This document shows positions 1 to 9,980 of a DNA stretch of 64,000 nucleotides, piece after piece (within the stretch, counting starts at the first letter, position 1; each line of letters starts with the position of its first letter). The stretch spans positions 40,446 through 104,445 of the forward strand of contig SICP01000001.1 in assembly GCA_009691415.1 (NCBI GenBank), given 5' to 3'. The notes below the pieces were generated by a model. The model made no database searches. It saw only the letters and a list, made by a program, of their open reading frames with translations, and had not been told where the DNA came from. The stretch comes from Candidatus Margulisiibacteriota bacterium. GTDB taxonomy: Bacteria; Margulisbacteria; Marinamargulisbacteria; SXXA01; SICP01. The position numbers and the translations under genes were made by a program.

Positions 1-1013
1 GTTATTTTGTGGCGATATCGAAATTCGGAAGAGATATCGACATCGGTTGAAATGCGAGGGAACTGTTCAAAATAATATTTGGCGACAAGCCCCGCATGCC
101 AAGAAGTGCCGCAAGCTTGGATAATAAATCGCGTAACATGTGAGAATTCTTCTCTGGTAAATTTGAGATGTTTAAACTCAGGATGACCATTTGGCTGAAC
201 AATTTTACTCATGATATTTCTAACAACAATGGGCTGCTCGAAGATTTCTTTGAGCATGAAATTATCATAACCTGATTTTTCTGCCGAGATAGGATCCCAC
301 TGAATATGTTGAATAGGTTTTTGTATGATTTGGGTAGTGCCTACTTTTTGGACTTCAATTTTATTTTTTGTGATAACTGCAATTTCTAAATCGTCTAGGT
401 AGATCACATCTTTGGTGTGTTGGATAATGGCATTGATGTCAGAGGCAACAAAGTGTTCGTTTTGGCCGACACCAATAATCAGAGGACTGCCTTTTCGACA
501 GACGATAATTTTATCCGGCTCATGTTCGGAAACCACGGCCAAAGCAAACGTGCCGACCAAATCATCGATGGCTTTTTCGACAGCCTGTCTGAGGTTTCCC
601 TCGTAATAATATTCGATAAGATGAACGATGACTTCTGTGTCGGTTTGAGATCTAAATACGCAGCCATTTTCCATAAGTTTGGTTTTGATGAGGGAATAGT
701 TTTCGATAATGCCGTTATGGACGATAGCCGTTTTGGTGTTAGTACTAAGATGCGGGTGCGCGTTGTTTTCTGTGGGCTGACCGTGGGTTGCCCAACGGGT
801 GTGTCCAATGCCTAAGTTGCCTTTAATTGTTAGATTTTCTAAGGCTTTACTCAGTTCGTGTAGTTTACCCGCTTTTTTCCAAGAACTCAGTTCGCCGTCT
901 GACATAATAGCAATACCTGAAGAATCATAGCCGCGATAACTAAGGCGTTCTAATCCAACTAATAAAACTGATTCTACATTTCTATCCCCGACATATCCTA
1001 CGATACCGCACAT
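1..1013 (-). CDS. glmS: Glutamine--fructose-6-phosphate aminotransferase, N-terminal part (3' end runs off the left edge)
   Basis: The reverse complement from 1013 reads MCGIVGYVGDRNVESVLLVGLERLSYRGYD, with the N-terminal catalytic Cys2 typical of GlmS. It is absent from the ORF track because its stop lies outside the window. Confidence 0.85.
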   Translation of the reverse strand, partial: MCGIVGYVGDRNVESVLLVGLERLSYRGYDSSGIAIMSDGELSSWKKAGKLHELSKALENLTIKGNLGIGHTRWATHGQPTENNAHPHLSTNTKTAIVHNGIIENYSLIKTKLMENGCVFRSQTDTEVIVHLIEYYYEGNLRQAVEKAIDDLVGTFALAVVSEHEPDKIIVCRKGSPLIIGVGQNEHFVASDINAIIQHTKDVIYLDDLEIAVITKNKIEVQKVGTTQIIQKPIQHIQWDPISAEKSGYDNFMLKEIFEQPIVVRNIMSKIVQPNGHPEFKHLKFTREEFSHVTRFIIQACGTSWHAGLVAKYYFEQFPRISTDVDISSEFRYRHKI

Positions 1014-1028
1014 ATGAGTCTCCCTTTT

Positions 1029-2660
1029 TTATGTTACTAACAGTGAGGTGATTTCTTCGCCCCCCACCATGCGTTTTAGTTCGTTAATACACTCTGATTT
1101 TGTGAGTACTTGTGTACTGGTTCTTGTTTGTCCTTGTTGTGTTGATTTGGAAATCACAATGTGATGATCGGCAAATTTGGCAATTTGTGCCAAGTGCGTC
1201 ACACAAAATAGCTGTGTTTTTTGAGAGAGGGCTTGAAGTTTTTCTCCAATTTTAATAGCTGTGAGGCCCCCTACTCCCGCATCTATTTCGTCAAAAACAG
1301 AGGTGAATTGTAATAGTTGTTCGGCAAAAACAGATCGGATGGCTAACATCATACGGGACAATTCGCCTCCTGAGGCCACGTCCGATAAGAGCTTGGATTT
1401 GGATCCCGCATTGGTCGATACATAGAAGGCAATTGTATCACAGCCCAAAAGATTTGGTCGCTCAAAATCTGTCTGAATTTGTATGTCGAATTGGCACGAT
1501 TCAAATTTCAAGAAAGCCATTTCTTTGATAATTTCTTGGGATAATTTTTGTGCCGCGTCTTGTCGTAATTGGGTTAGAGTAGCGGCGATTTTTTTTAGAC
1601 TTTCTTTTTCTTTTTTGAGTTCTAATTCTAACGCAACACGATTTTCGTCTTGATGATCGATGGCCATCAGCTCTGTCGTAAGTACATCGAGACGGGAAAG
1701 AATTTCGTCGATCGTCAGAGCTTTATATTTTGTTTTATACCTAAAAATCGTATCGAGCCTTTTTTCTACATTGTCTAAATTGGAAACATCTAGATCGCTC
1801 ATGTCGGACGCCCTGCTATCAATTTCTTGATAGAGATCTTGGGCTTCGAGAACGAGGGCTTCGAGTCTTACTGTTAAGGGCGCATAGGACGGGTCTATTT
1901 TTTCAAGTTCTATGATGGCTTTTTGTGCGATAGCCGTTTTGGTTTGTATGGTATACAACGCTTTTTCTGCTTCTGATAAATGAGAAGTTAGAATATGAAG
2001 TGATTTTAATGTGCGTTTTTGACTATCTAATTTTTCTTCTTCTCCAGACTTAAACTGCTGGGCCTTGAGATCTTCTACTTGAAAGGACAGAAATTCTCGA
2101 CGACTTTCTTTTTCATCTTCGGCCATTTGTGTGGCTTTTAATTTGGCCCGTATAGCTTCGTGTGCCCGATACCTGTCTTGATAATCGGATAATGCGAGTG
2201 CCAAGTTTTTTCCGCCATAGTGATCTAGATAAGACATTTGTTGTTCGGGTTCGAGTAGGGTCATGTAGTCATGTTGTCCGACAATAGTAAGTAGACCTGA
2301 CGCCGCTTGTTTGAATTGCTTCAACGGCAGGCTTTGGCCGTTTATTTTAGCGATGTTGAGTTTGCCACGCTGGAGTTTTCTGGAAAGAATAAGATGCGTG
2401 TCTTCTGGCGAAACAAACTCTGCTAGCGCATCTGGAATTCGGGTTGTAGCAATTTCAAAAACGCCTTCAATATAGGCCTCTTCTTCTCCGTCTTGTATAA
2501 AACTTTCTTGTGAGGGTTTTCCAAGTAAAAGCGAGAGGGCGTCAATAATAATAGATTTTCCGGCACCCGTTTCTCCGGTAAAGACGGTGAAGCCTTCCGA
2601 AAATTCCAGATGACAGGTTTTAATAATTGCAAAATTTTGTATGGTAAGTTCTTTTAACAT
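1029..2660 (-). CDS. recN: DNA repair protein RecN
   Basis: 543 aa. It has an N-terminal Walker A (GETGAGKS), long coiled-coil middle and a C-terminal SMC-like signature (GGELSR), which is the RecN architecture. Confidence 0.9.
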   Translation of the reverse strand: MLKELTIQNFAIIKTCHLEFSEGFTVFTGETGAGKSIIIDALSLLLGKPSQESFIQDGEEEAYIEGVFEIATTRIPDALAEFVSPEDTHLILSRKLQRGKLNIAKINGQSLPLKQFKQAASGLLTIVGQHDYMTLLEPEQQMSYLDHYGGKNLALALSDYQDRYRAHEAIRAKLKATQMAEDEKESRREFLSFQVEDLKAQQFKSGEEEKLDSQKRTLKSLHILTSHLSEAEKALYTIQTKTAIAQKAIIELEKIDPSYAPLTVRLEALVLEAQDLYQEIDSRASDMSDLDVSNLDNVEKRLDTIFRYKTKYKALTIDEILSRLDVLTTELMAIDHQDENRVALELELKKEKESLKKIAATLTQLRQDAAQKLSQEIIKEMAFLKFESCQFDIQIQTDFERPNLLGCDTIAFYVSTNAGSKSKLLSDVASGGELSRMMLAIRSVFAEQLLQFTSVFDEIDAGVGGLTAIKIGEKLQALSQKTQLFCVTHLAQIAKFADHHIVISKSTQQGQTRTSTQVLTKSECINELKRMVGGEEITSLLVT

Positions 2661-3280
2661 GGTCCCTTTTTTAGATAGAGAAAGAATTCTTTATTGCCTT
2701 TGGTTCCAAGTATAGGTGAATCGCATTGACCTAGTATAGTTAGCCCCATGTCGCGCACTTTGGTGTCGATACGATCTAAGATGGATTGGTGAATAGCTGG
2801 GTCTCTGATAATACCACCTGGGCCTACATCTTCGCGCTTGGCTTCAAACTGAGGTTTTACCAAAAGAACCAATGCTGAGCTAGGAGAAATTAAAGGCAAG
2901 ATGGCCGGAAGTATCGTGAGAATACTGATGAAAGAAACGTCCATGACGACGAGTGAAATATCGGATAAAAGGTCGGCTGCATTTTCTTTTAAGGCTTTAC
3001 CTTTCCATCCGCGATGCGTGAGCAACATGTCACGGGTGACGAGGCGTGCGTTGGTACGTTCGAAAAGCACAACACGTGGATCGATGCGTAATTGATAGTC
3101 TACGTCCCCGTATCCGACGTCAATTCCCATGGCACAGCGTGCGCCATTTTTTAACAGAAAATCCATAAAGCCGCCGGTAGATACACCGACGTCGAGCGCT
3201 ACTTTATCTTGGATATCGAATTTAAATATTTCATGGGCACCCGCCAATTTATCACCGCCACGACTAACGTAATTTGTCAT
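2654..3280 (-). CDS. TlyA-family FtsJ-like rRNA 2'-O-methyltransferase lacking the N-terminal S4 domain
   Basis: YVSRGGDKL followed by the SAM-binding motif LDVGVSTGGF. At 208 aa it starts at the methyltransferase core. It overlaps recN by 7 nt and the GT2 gene by 4 nt. Confidence 0.75.
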   Translation of the reverse strand: MTNYVSRGGDKLAGAHEIFKFDIQDKVALDVGVSTGGFMDFLLKNGARCAMGIDVGYGDVDYQLRIDPRVVLFERTNARLVTRDMLLTHRGWKGKALKENAADLLSDISLVVMDVSFISILTILPAILPLISPSSALVLLVKPQFEAKREDVGPGGIIRDPAIHQSILDRIDTKVRDMGLTILGQCDSPILGTKGNKEFFLYLKKGPC

Positions 3281-3972
3281 ATGATTTTAGCAAATTTATT
3301 ATAGTAAATAATGCACCACATCGCGCGCAGGCCATCACGCCATCCGATTTTTTTACCTTCCTCAAAGCTTCTTGCGTTGTATGAAATAGGGACTTCAATA
3401 ATAGGCAGCATAAGCCTCGCAAGCTTGGCAGTAATTTCTGGCTCTACACCAAATTTTTTTTCCTGAATATTTAGAAGTTTGTAAACTGATACTGTAAAAA
3501 CCTTGTAACAGGTTTCCATATCTGTGAGAGATTGGCCGGTGTAGAAGTTGGATAATAAAGTCAGAATTCGATTCCCCGCCGCGTGCCAAAAATAAAGACC
3601 TTTGTAGGGTTTTTTATGTAGAAATCGCGAGCCATAGACGACATTGGTACGGCCTTGTTGTATAGGCAATAGTAATGCCGCATAGTCATTGGGATCGTAT
3701 TCTAAATCGGCATCTTGAATGAGGAGGACGTCTCCGGTTGCGGCTTTCAATCCCGTGTTAATAGCGGCACCTTTTCCTTGATTGTCTGTGTGCCGAATGA
3801 GTTTTATATTGGGGAAGTCTTCCAAGAGTTGATAGGTTATGTCTGTGGAAGCATCATCAACAACAATGATTTCTTTTTCGAAGTAAGTTGTGTCGCTTGC
3901 GAGAACACGGAAGATCACTTGCTTAATCGTGACCGCTTCATTGTAACAGGGAATGATGATTGAAAGTTTCAT
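3277..3972 (-). CDS. Family 2 glycosyltransferase
   Basis: MKLSIIIPCYNE...VVDDASTD...QDADLEYDP motifs. I chose the internal ATG at 3972, because the upstream part of the track ORF overlaps a transposase remnant. Confidence 0.8.
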   Translation of the reverse strand: MKLSIIIPCYNEAVTIKQVIFRVLASDTTYFEKEIIVVDDASTDITYQLLEDFPNIKLIRHTDNQGKGAAINTGLKAATGDVLLIQDADLEYDPNDYAALLLPIQQGRTNVVYGSRFLHKKPYKGLYFWHAAGNRILTLLSNFYTGQSLTDMETCYKVFTVSVYKLLNIQEKKFGVEPEITAKLARLMLPIIEVPISYNARSFEEGKKIGWRDGLRAMWCIIYYNKFAKII

Positions 3973-4079
3973 TGATGATTGAAATGATATCAAAAAATGG
4001 GTAGATCTGTAGAGACGCAATATCTTTCGTCTCTTTCTCTTGCGTTTCAATATTTGGAGCGTTATGAGCCCCAATCCTC

Positions 4080-4276
4080 TCAAAAAATATAATCCCGTGC
4101 ACATGATTTGGCATAATCACCCATTCCCCCAAGATAACAAATTGAAAATGTTCTGGAATTTCCAACCAGCATTGTTTAGCAAATATCTCTATTTCCGAAT
4201 AGCACATATGCCCATCAATAATCTTCCCGAAAAAGAACGCCCTGTCTCTAGTATGTAACTTGCAGGTGATGAGGAT
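4080..4276 (-). pseudogene. N-terminal remnant of a HUH/Y1 (IS200-like, REP-associated RayT-type) transposase
   Basis: The frame is open from 4276 with no start codon and reads ILITCKLHTRDRAFFFGKIIDGHM...WLEIPEHFQFVILGEWVIMPNHVHGII. That includes the HUH motif (PNHVHGI). The catalytic-Tyr C-terminal half is absent. Confidence 0.6.
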
Positions 4277-4389
4277 TTAGCCAAAAAGAAATCGAAAAAC
4301 CAGAAATATGCTATTAACAACCGTTAGTGGTTCTATTAGAATTGATATGCTGCATAGACATAAAAATAGATTCAAAAGAGGAACTCAGA

Positions 4390-5484
4390 ATGCAAAAATA
4401 TATACCCTTCCTATTGATAGCAACGATGACGCTTAATATCCCTAAAAACCTATATGCGGAAACAAACAATAAAGATGTGATATCTATGCTTAAATTAGAA
4501 GGAAGCTTTAGACTTCGCTACCAAACCGAAAAAAAAGAATCCCTTTTTAACAGAGAAAGAAATAGAATTAAATTCAAATTGGGTGGAGAAAGTGATATTT
4601 CAGAACAAAGCAAAGTGAAATTTGGATTTGCAACAGGCGATACAGACCCCCGTTCACGGAATCAAACTTTTCAAGATTCATTTTCACCCTCCATCATTCG
4701 GCTAGATTATGCCTATATTGAACATGCATTATCAAATCAAATTATGCTATTCGGTGGAAAAATGAAAAATCCTCTATGGGAACCGTCAGAATTCCTGTGG
4801 GATACAGATATTACCCCGGATGGGTACGGTGTAAGATTTGACAATAAAATAAACTCCACCCTCAAATGGTCTATTACAGCGGGATATTTTATCCTAGATG
4901 AGCTTAATTCCAACAAAAAAAACCCCTATTTACTCGCTATACAACCGGGTATGGATTGGGCGTTTAATGAAAAAACAAAAGCACGTATTGCTGCTGGATT
5001 TTATTTAAGCAAAAATTTAAAGGGTCTTACTTTAGAACACTCATCTAGAACAAATACGGTCGGTTCATCTGGTTTAGAAAAGGATTTTTCTTCAATCGTC
5101 ATGAGTGGTGAAATAGATTTTAAAGACCAGTTAGGGTTGCCACTTGTGCGTCCGTTTGGAGAAGTCGTCATAAACACCCGCACAAACCAAAACAACAAGG
5201 GCGGTATCGTTGGAGTAAAGTTCGGAGACCAAGCAGTCCATACAATGGGACAGTGGCAATCAAATCTAAGTTATCGTTACCTTGGTGCAGATGCTTGGCT
5301 TGATACACTGCCAGATTCTGATTGCTATGGAGGCGCAACCGATGTCCAAGGCTTTGAATTAATTTTCAACTATGCACTTTCAAAAACGACCACTCTAGGG
5401 ATTGATCTTTACAGCATGTATAAAATTAATGGGTCCAGAGACAAACAAACGTTGGCACAGTTTGATTTGAACATTAAGTTTTAA
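4390..5484 (+). CDS. Putative outer-membrane beta-barrel porin
   Basis: Signal peptide MQKYIPFLLIATMTLNIPKNLYA, alternating beta-strand-like pattern, and a C-terminal ...DLNIKF ending in Phe. Confidence 0.55.
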   Translation: MQKYIPFLLIATMTLNIPKNLYAETNNKDVISMLKLEGSFRLRYQTEKKESLFNRERNRIKFKLGGESDISEQSKVKFGFATGDTDPRSRNQTFQDSFSPSIIRLDYAYIEHALSNQIMLFGGKMKNPLWEPSEFLWDTDITPDGYGVRFDNKINSTLKWSITAGYFILDELNSNKKNPYLLAIQPGMDWAFNEKTKARIAAGFYLSKNLKGLTLEHSSRTNTVGSSGLEKDFSSIVMSGEIDFKDQLGLPLVRPFGEVVINTRTNQNNKGGIVGVKFGDQAVHTMGQWQSNLSYRYLGADAWLDTLPDSDCYGGATDVQGFELIFNYALSKTTTLGIDLYSMYKINGSRDKQTLAQFDLNIKF

Positions 5485-5505
5485 GATCAATGCTAGACCT
5501 CAAAG

Positions 5506-5580
5506 TGGCTCCCCCGGTTGGGATCGAACCAACGACAACGCGGTTAACAGCCGCGCGCTCTGCCACTGAGCTACAGGGGA
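5506..5580 (-). tRNA. tRNA-Asn (GTT)
   Basis: The reverse complement is TCCCCTGTAGCTCAGTGGCAGAGCGCGCGGCTGTTAACCGCG...GGTTCGATCCCAACCGGGGGAGCCA. It folds as a cloverleaf with anticodon loop CTGTTAA and an encoded CCA. Confidence 0.9.
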
Positions 5581-5674
5581 ACGAAAAAGCGTGAATTAAA
5601 TGAAATCCAGCATGAATTATAGAAATAGTTCGTTTAAATGGCAACCCTTTTTAATCTGTCCTATACTGTAAATT

Positions 5675-6409
5675 ATGCTTACTTATAAACAATTTGGTTC
5701 CGGACCGCTTATGGTGATTTTACATGGCTTGTTTGGGTCTGGAGATAATTGGCAGACACTGGCGAAACAATTTGCTGATCGGCACACTGTTGTCACTATA
5801 GATTTGATTAATCATGGACTTTCTCCACATCGGGAAACGATGTCTTATTCGGAGATGGCACGAGACGTACATGAAGTGATTGTGCATTTGAATTTGGGAC
5901 CCGTTATATTATTGGGACATTCGATGGGCGGAAAAGTGGCGATGCAATTCTGCTCGGATTATCCAGAAGATGTCTCTCGATTGATCGTGGCGGATATTGC
6001 ACCCAAAAGATATTTGCCTCACCATCAAGAGATTTTAGAGGCTCTGTCCAAAAGGGACGTCTCGTCTCTAGAGCCGCCGTCATTGCGTCAGTTTTTATTA
6101 AAAAGCCGTCGTAGAACCGAGACCGATTTTGTATGGCTTTTAAATATTCCTGCTATTCAGAATGAATACCTAAAAATTCTGGATGCCCCCGTGTTACGTG
6201 AAGGCCTTGAAGTTTCCACATTGTTTTTAAGAGGAGAAACTTCTGACTATATTTTGGACTCGGACAAGCCTGATATCTATCGCTATTTTCCACATGCCTT
6301 CTTTATTGAAATTAAGCGCGCGGGTCATTGGCTTCATGCAGAAAATCCTCAGGATTTTTTTAAGGCCGTTGATGAATTTACACGATCGGGGGATAATAAA
6401 CAGATATGA
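5675..6409 (+). CDS. Alpha/beta-fold hydrolase (esterase YbfF-like)
   Basis: HGLFGS oxyanion region, GHSMGG nucleophile elbow and a C-terminal GHW..E His motif. Confidence 0.8.
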   Translation: MLTYKQFGSGPLMVILHGLFGSGDNWQTLAKQFADRHTVVTIDLINHGLSPHRETMSYSEMARDVHEVIVHLNLGPVILLGHSMGGKVAMQFCSDYPEDVSRLIVADIAPKRYLPHHQEILEALSKRDVSSLEPPSLRQFLLKSRRRTETDFVWLLNIPAIQNEYLKILDAPVLREGLEVSTLFLRGETSDYILDSDKPDIYRYFPHAFFIEIKRAGHWLHAENPQDFFKAVDEFTRSGDNKQI

Positions 6410-7398
6410 AAAAAATAGCTGTTTTAGGATGTGGGGCATGGGGAACGACCGTTGCGAAAATTTTGACGGATAATCAACACGAGGTTAGATTATGGTGCCA
6501 TTCCGAAGAAGTGGCACAAGATATTTCTCGGACACATGCACTGGGTTTATTGCCTGGGGTTAAGTTACCTGAAACGCTAAGACCCACAAGTAATTTAGAA
6601 AAAGCGTTGGCTGATGTTGACGCCGTTGTACTTGGGGTCGCGTCTCCTTATATAGATATATTAGAGCGCGTAAAACCTTTTCTAAAAGGGCAGCCTGTTT
6701 TGAGTATTGGTAAGGGCTTACTTGAAAATCGAGATCAGGTTTTTATTTCTGATTATTGTCGTTCTGTATTGGGATCTGAGTATCCGTTTGCGATTTTATC
6801 TGGACCCAATTTGGCAATAGAGATTGCACAAGAACTTCCAAGCGCTAGCGTTGTGGCTTCTGATACAGAGAATATCTCTCAATTTTTTCAGGCCTGTTTG
6901 AGCAATCATTATTTTCGGATTTATACATCGTCTGATGTGACAGGAGTTGAAATTGGGGGCGTGTTTAAAAACGCCATAGCGATTGCTGCGGGGTGTATAG
7001 TAGGCCTTGGCTTTGGACAAAACACGCTATCACTATTACTTTCCCGTAGCCTGCAAGAAATGTCTCGCTTTGGACGCCATTTTGGAGCACAGTCAATTAC
7101 ATTTACTGGGCTATCTGGTCTAGGAGACATGATCACAACCTGCACTTCTGACAAAAGCAGAAATTTTCGAGTGGGTCTAGCAATTGCAAAGCATCACGAT
7201 TTAGATCTTGCCCTCGATAGCTTAGGCGGCGTCGTTGCTGAAGGGGTTAAAACAACACGCGTTATTTATGATATGGCTAAAAAGAAACAACTAGATCTCC
7301 CCATTTTGTTTGAAATTTACGCCATGCTCTATAAAAATAAATCTCCCAAAGAAGCAATCTCAAGCTTAATGGATCGGCCTTTGAGAGCTGAGTTTTGA
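6406..7398 (+). CDS. gpsA: NAD(P)H-dependent glycerol-3-phosphate dehydrogenase
   Basis: N-terminal GCGAWGT Rossmann motif, GVEIGGVFKN, and the length (330 aa) is typical of GpsA. Confidence 0.9.
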   Translation: MKKIAVLGCGAWGTTVAKILTDNQHEVRLWCHSEEVAQDISRTHALGLLPGVKLPETLRPTSNLEKALADVDAVVLGVASPYIDILERVKPFLKGQPVLSIGKGLLENRDQVFISDYCRSVLGSEYPFAILSGPNLAIEIAQELPSASVVASDTENISQFFQACLSNHYFRIYTSSDVTGVEIGGVFKNAIAIAAGCIVGLGFGQNTLSLLLSRSLQEMSRFGRHFGAQSITFTGLSGLGDMITTCTSDKSRNFRVGLAIAKHHDLDLALDSLGGVVAEGVKTTRVIYDMAKKKQLDLPILFEIYAMLYKNKSPKEAISSLMDRPLRAEF

Positions 7399-8837
7399 AA
7401 CATCGCAATAAATTTTTGACTTATTTTAAATGGCTCCGATTTGCAGTGGATTGCGCACTCATTCCACTTGCTGTTGCCCTTGCATATATCCTCAAATTTA
7501 AGATAGGGAAGCTTCTATTTGATGCGTTCTCTATTCACGTGGCGCAAATTTATACACATACACAAATTGAGCCTTATTTATCTGTGAGTGGACTGATTGT
7601 CTTGGTCTGGGTTAGTACGTTCTACTTTGTGGGCGTGTATCAATTAGAAGCCAGCTTCATGCCTTTTTTGGACGAGTCTCTTCGCATAATTAAAGGCGCC
7701 ATTTTGGCAACACTTCAAATCATGGTGATCACATTTTTGTTTAAGTTTTTTCCTGGGTCTCGCTATGTGATTATGTACTCCCTTTTCTGTGGCATTTTCT
7801 TGACGATGATGGTGCATTTATTTATTCATCGTCTAGAATTTTTTTTCTTAAAAAAAGGCATAGGAACACGTGAGGCACTTATTATTGGTGCAGATGCGTT
7901 TGGACAAGATGTGGCTGAAAAATTTTTCTTGTATCCGGGTTTAGCCTTAAGCTATGTAGGGTCCTTGGATGAGGCGCCTCCCGAAAAAATACATTTTCAT
8001 TTACGTGATGGTTTTAAGTTTTTAGGCCGACCAGATACATTTAAGATGTATTCGGCAGATGTTATTTTTGTGACAAAATCTAATTTAGACCCTGCTTTTT
8101 TGAGTGATTTAGTGAGCTATTGCGATCGTGAAGAAGTAGATTTATGGATGCTATCTAGTGCGGCTGTTTTTATGCCTGGTGCCATTCATAGTCAGGATTT
8201 TGATGGCATCCCTTTTATCACACAAGTAACGGTTAACAATTTATATATTGAACGCATGATGAAATGGCTTATGGATAAAATTGGCTCACTTATGGGCTTG
8301 ATTTTGCTCTCTCCTATTTTTCTTGCGATTGCAGTTGCTATTAAATGGGTGTCTCCTGATGGCCCAGTTTTTTATGTCCAAGAACGTGTTGGAAAAGATA
8401 ACAAGACATTTGGCATGATTAAATTTCGCACGATGATTCCTAATGCCGAAAAAAATACGGGCCCCATGCTAGTCAATGAAAAGAGTGAAGACAGATATAT
8501 TTCTATTGGCAAGTTTTTAAGAAAAACATCATTAGACGAACTTCCGCAATTACTCAATGTTTTGAGAGGCGATATGAGTTTAATAGGGCCTCGTCCCGAA
8601 CGCACTTTCTTTATAGAAAAGATCGAAAAAGAATTTCCCCACTTTTCACTGCGCCACAAAGTAAAAGGTGGAATTACGGGGCTTGCACAAATCAATGGCA
8701 GATCCGTTTTAACACGTCGTCCTGATCATAAATTAAAGTACGATTTATATTACATTAAAAACTGGTCTCTTTTATTGGATATTAAAATTTTAATCAAGAC
8801 GATATCTGTGGTTTCACGTGCAGAAGAAGCGTACTAG
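7395..8837 (+). CDS. Polyprenyl-phosphate glycosyl-1-phosphate transferase (WbaP/bacterial sugar transferase family)
   Basis: Several N-terminal TM helices and a C-terminal sugar-transferase domain with DELPQLLNVLRGDMSLIGPRP. Confidence 0.8.
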   Translation: MKHRNKFLTYFKWLRFAVDCALIPLAVALAYILKFKIGKLLFDAFSIHVAQIYTHTQIEPYLSVSGLIVLVWVSTFYFVGVYQLEASFMPFLDESLRIIKGAILATLQIMVITFLFKFFPGSRYVIMYSLFCGIFLTMMVHLFIHRLEFFFLKKGIGTREALIIGADAFGQDVAEKFFLYPGLALSYVGSLDEAPPEKIHFHLRDGFKFLGRPDTFKMYSADVIFVTKSNLDPAFLSDLVSYCDREEVDLWMLSSAAVFMPGAIHSQDFDGIPFITQVTVNNLYIERMMKWLMDKIGSLMGLILLSPIFLAIAVAIKWVSPDGPVFYVQERVGKDNKTFGMIKFRTMIPNAEKNTGPMLVNEKSEDRYISIGKFLRKTSLDELPQLLNVLRGDMSLIGPRPERTFFIEKIEKEFPHFSLRHKVKGGITGLAQINGRSVLTRRPDHKLKYDLYYIKNWSLLLDIKILIKTISVVSRAEEAY

Positions 8838-9405
8838 TATCGCGTTGTTTGGAGGCAGCTTTGATCCGTTTCACTTGGGTCATTTAGCTGTCCTCCGCGC
8901 GGCACAACAGGTGGATTTTTTGTCATATATTATCGTCATGCCCGCGTATGTCTCTCCACACAAAGATAAGACCGTGGCGTCGGCTACAGATCGGTTTGAG
9001 ATGGTAAAGCTTGCTGTCAGCACACTGCCCCCTACCCCACCGATTATTGTGAGTGATTGGGAAATACAACGCGATGCACCGACGTATACGATTGATTCGG
9101 TGGCTGAGATAAAGGAACGGTATATGCCAGATGAAATTTATTTGATTTTGGGTAGTGACAGCTATGCAACGTTACAGAGTTGGCATCGTGCAGAAGACTT
9201 AATTGATCAGGTAAAATTGATGGTGATAGACAGAAAGACAGTACCTGTTTCGTCGACTGAAATTCGGGAAAAGATTTTGAAATCAGAGTCTATTGAGACG
9301 TTGATACCAGACGTGGTTGGTGGTTATATTGGGAAGATGGCACTTTATAAAAAAGAGAAAGCCCCACAACCCCCTAAAGGGGGAGGGGGCTTTCTCTTCG
9401 CTTAA
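8818..9405 (+). CDS. nadD: Nicotinate-nucleotide adenylyltransferase
   Basis: GGSFDPFHLGH nucleotidyltransferase motif and a later SSTEIR motif. The 3' tail reads into a GC-rich hairpin (9361-9400). Confidence 0.85.
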   Translation: MQKKRTSIALFGGSFDPFHLGHLAVLRAAQQVDFLSYIIVMPAYVSPHKDKTVASATDRFEMVKLAVSTLPPTPPIIVSDWEIQRDAPTYTIDSVAEIKERYMPDEIYLILGSDSYATLQSWHRAEDLIDQVKLMVIDRKTVPVSSTEIREKILKSESIETLIPDVVGGYIGKMALYKKEKAPQPPKGGGGFLFA

Positions 9406-9980
9406 ACTTTATTCTCAATCCCTTTAATTAATCGCTGAATATTGGCCTTGTGTCTAATCCAAATTAATAGGCCCGCAACAGCAGAAAAGGCACTGTATTC
9501 CCATGGTGCATTAAACATCCAGAGCAAGAGTGGCGCTAATGCACTGCAGGTTAGCGTTGCGACTGAAACATATCGCGTTGTGAGAATAATGACGATGGCT
9601 AGTGGAAACAAAATACAGAATGCGAGTGGGTTGAGAGCGGCTAGTACACCGATTCCGGTTGCCGCACCTTTTCCACCTTTGAATTTTACAAAAATACTGA
9701 GCGAATGCCCGGCAATTGCGACGATACCCATAAGAATATGAATGCTGGGATCTAGAAAAATTTGTGTGGCAACATAAACTGTGATGAAGCCTTTTATTGC
9801 ATCTAAAGCAAAGACGATCAGTGCAGGCTTTAGTCCCATGGCGCGATAGACATTTGTGGCACCGATATTACCTGATCCCGACGCTCTGAGATCCACATGT
9901 TTTACTTTTGCAATGACAAGACCAAAGGGAATCGACGACAGTAAATAGGTGAAAATTATTGCGCTAAATAGAGAGAGCAT
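9402..9980 (-). CDS. plsY: Glycerol-3-phosphate acyltransferase PlsY
   Basis: SIPFG...GSGNIGATN...HK motifs in a 192-aa polytopic membrane protein. Confidence 0.9.
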   Translation of the reverse strand: MLSLFSAIIFTYLLSSIPFGLVIAKVKHVDLRASGSGNIGATNVYRAMGLKPALIVFALDAIKGFITVYVATQIFLDPSIHILMGIVAIAGHSLSIFVKFKGGKGAATGIGVLAALNPLAFCILFPLAIVIILTTRYVSVATLTCSALAPLLLWMFNAPWEYSAFSAVAGLLIWIRHKANIQRLIKGIENKV

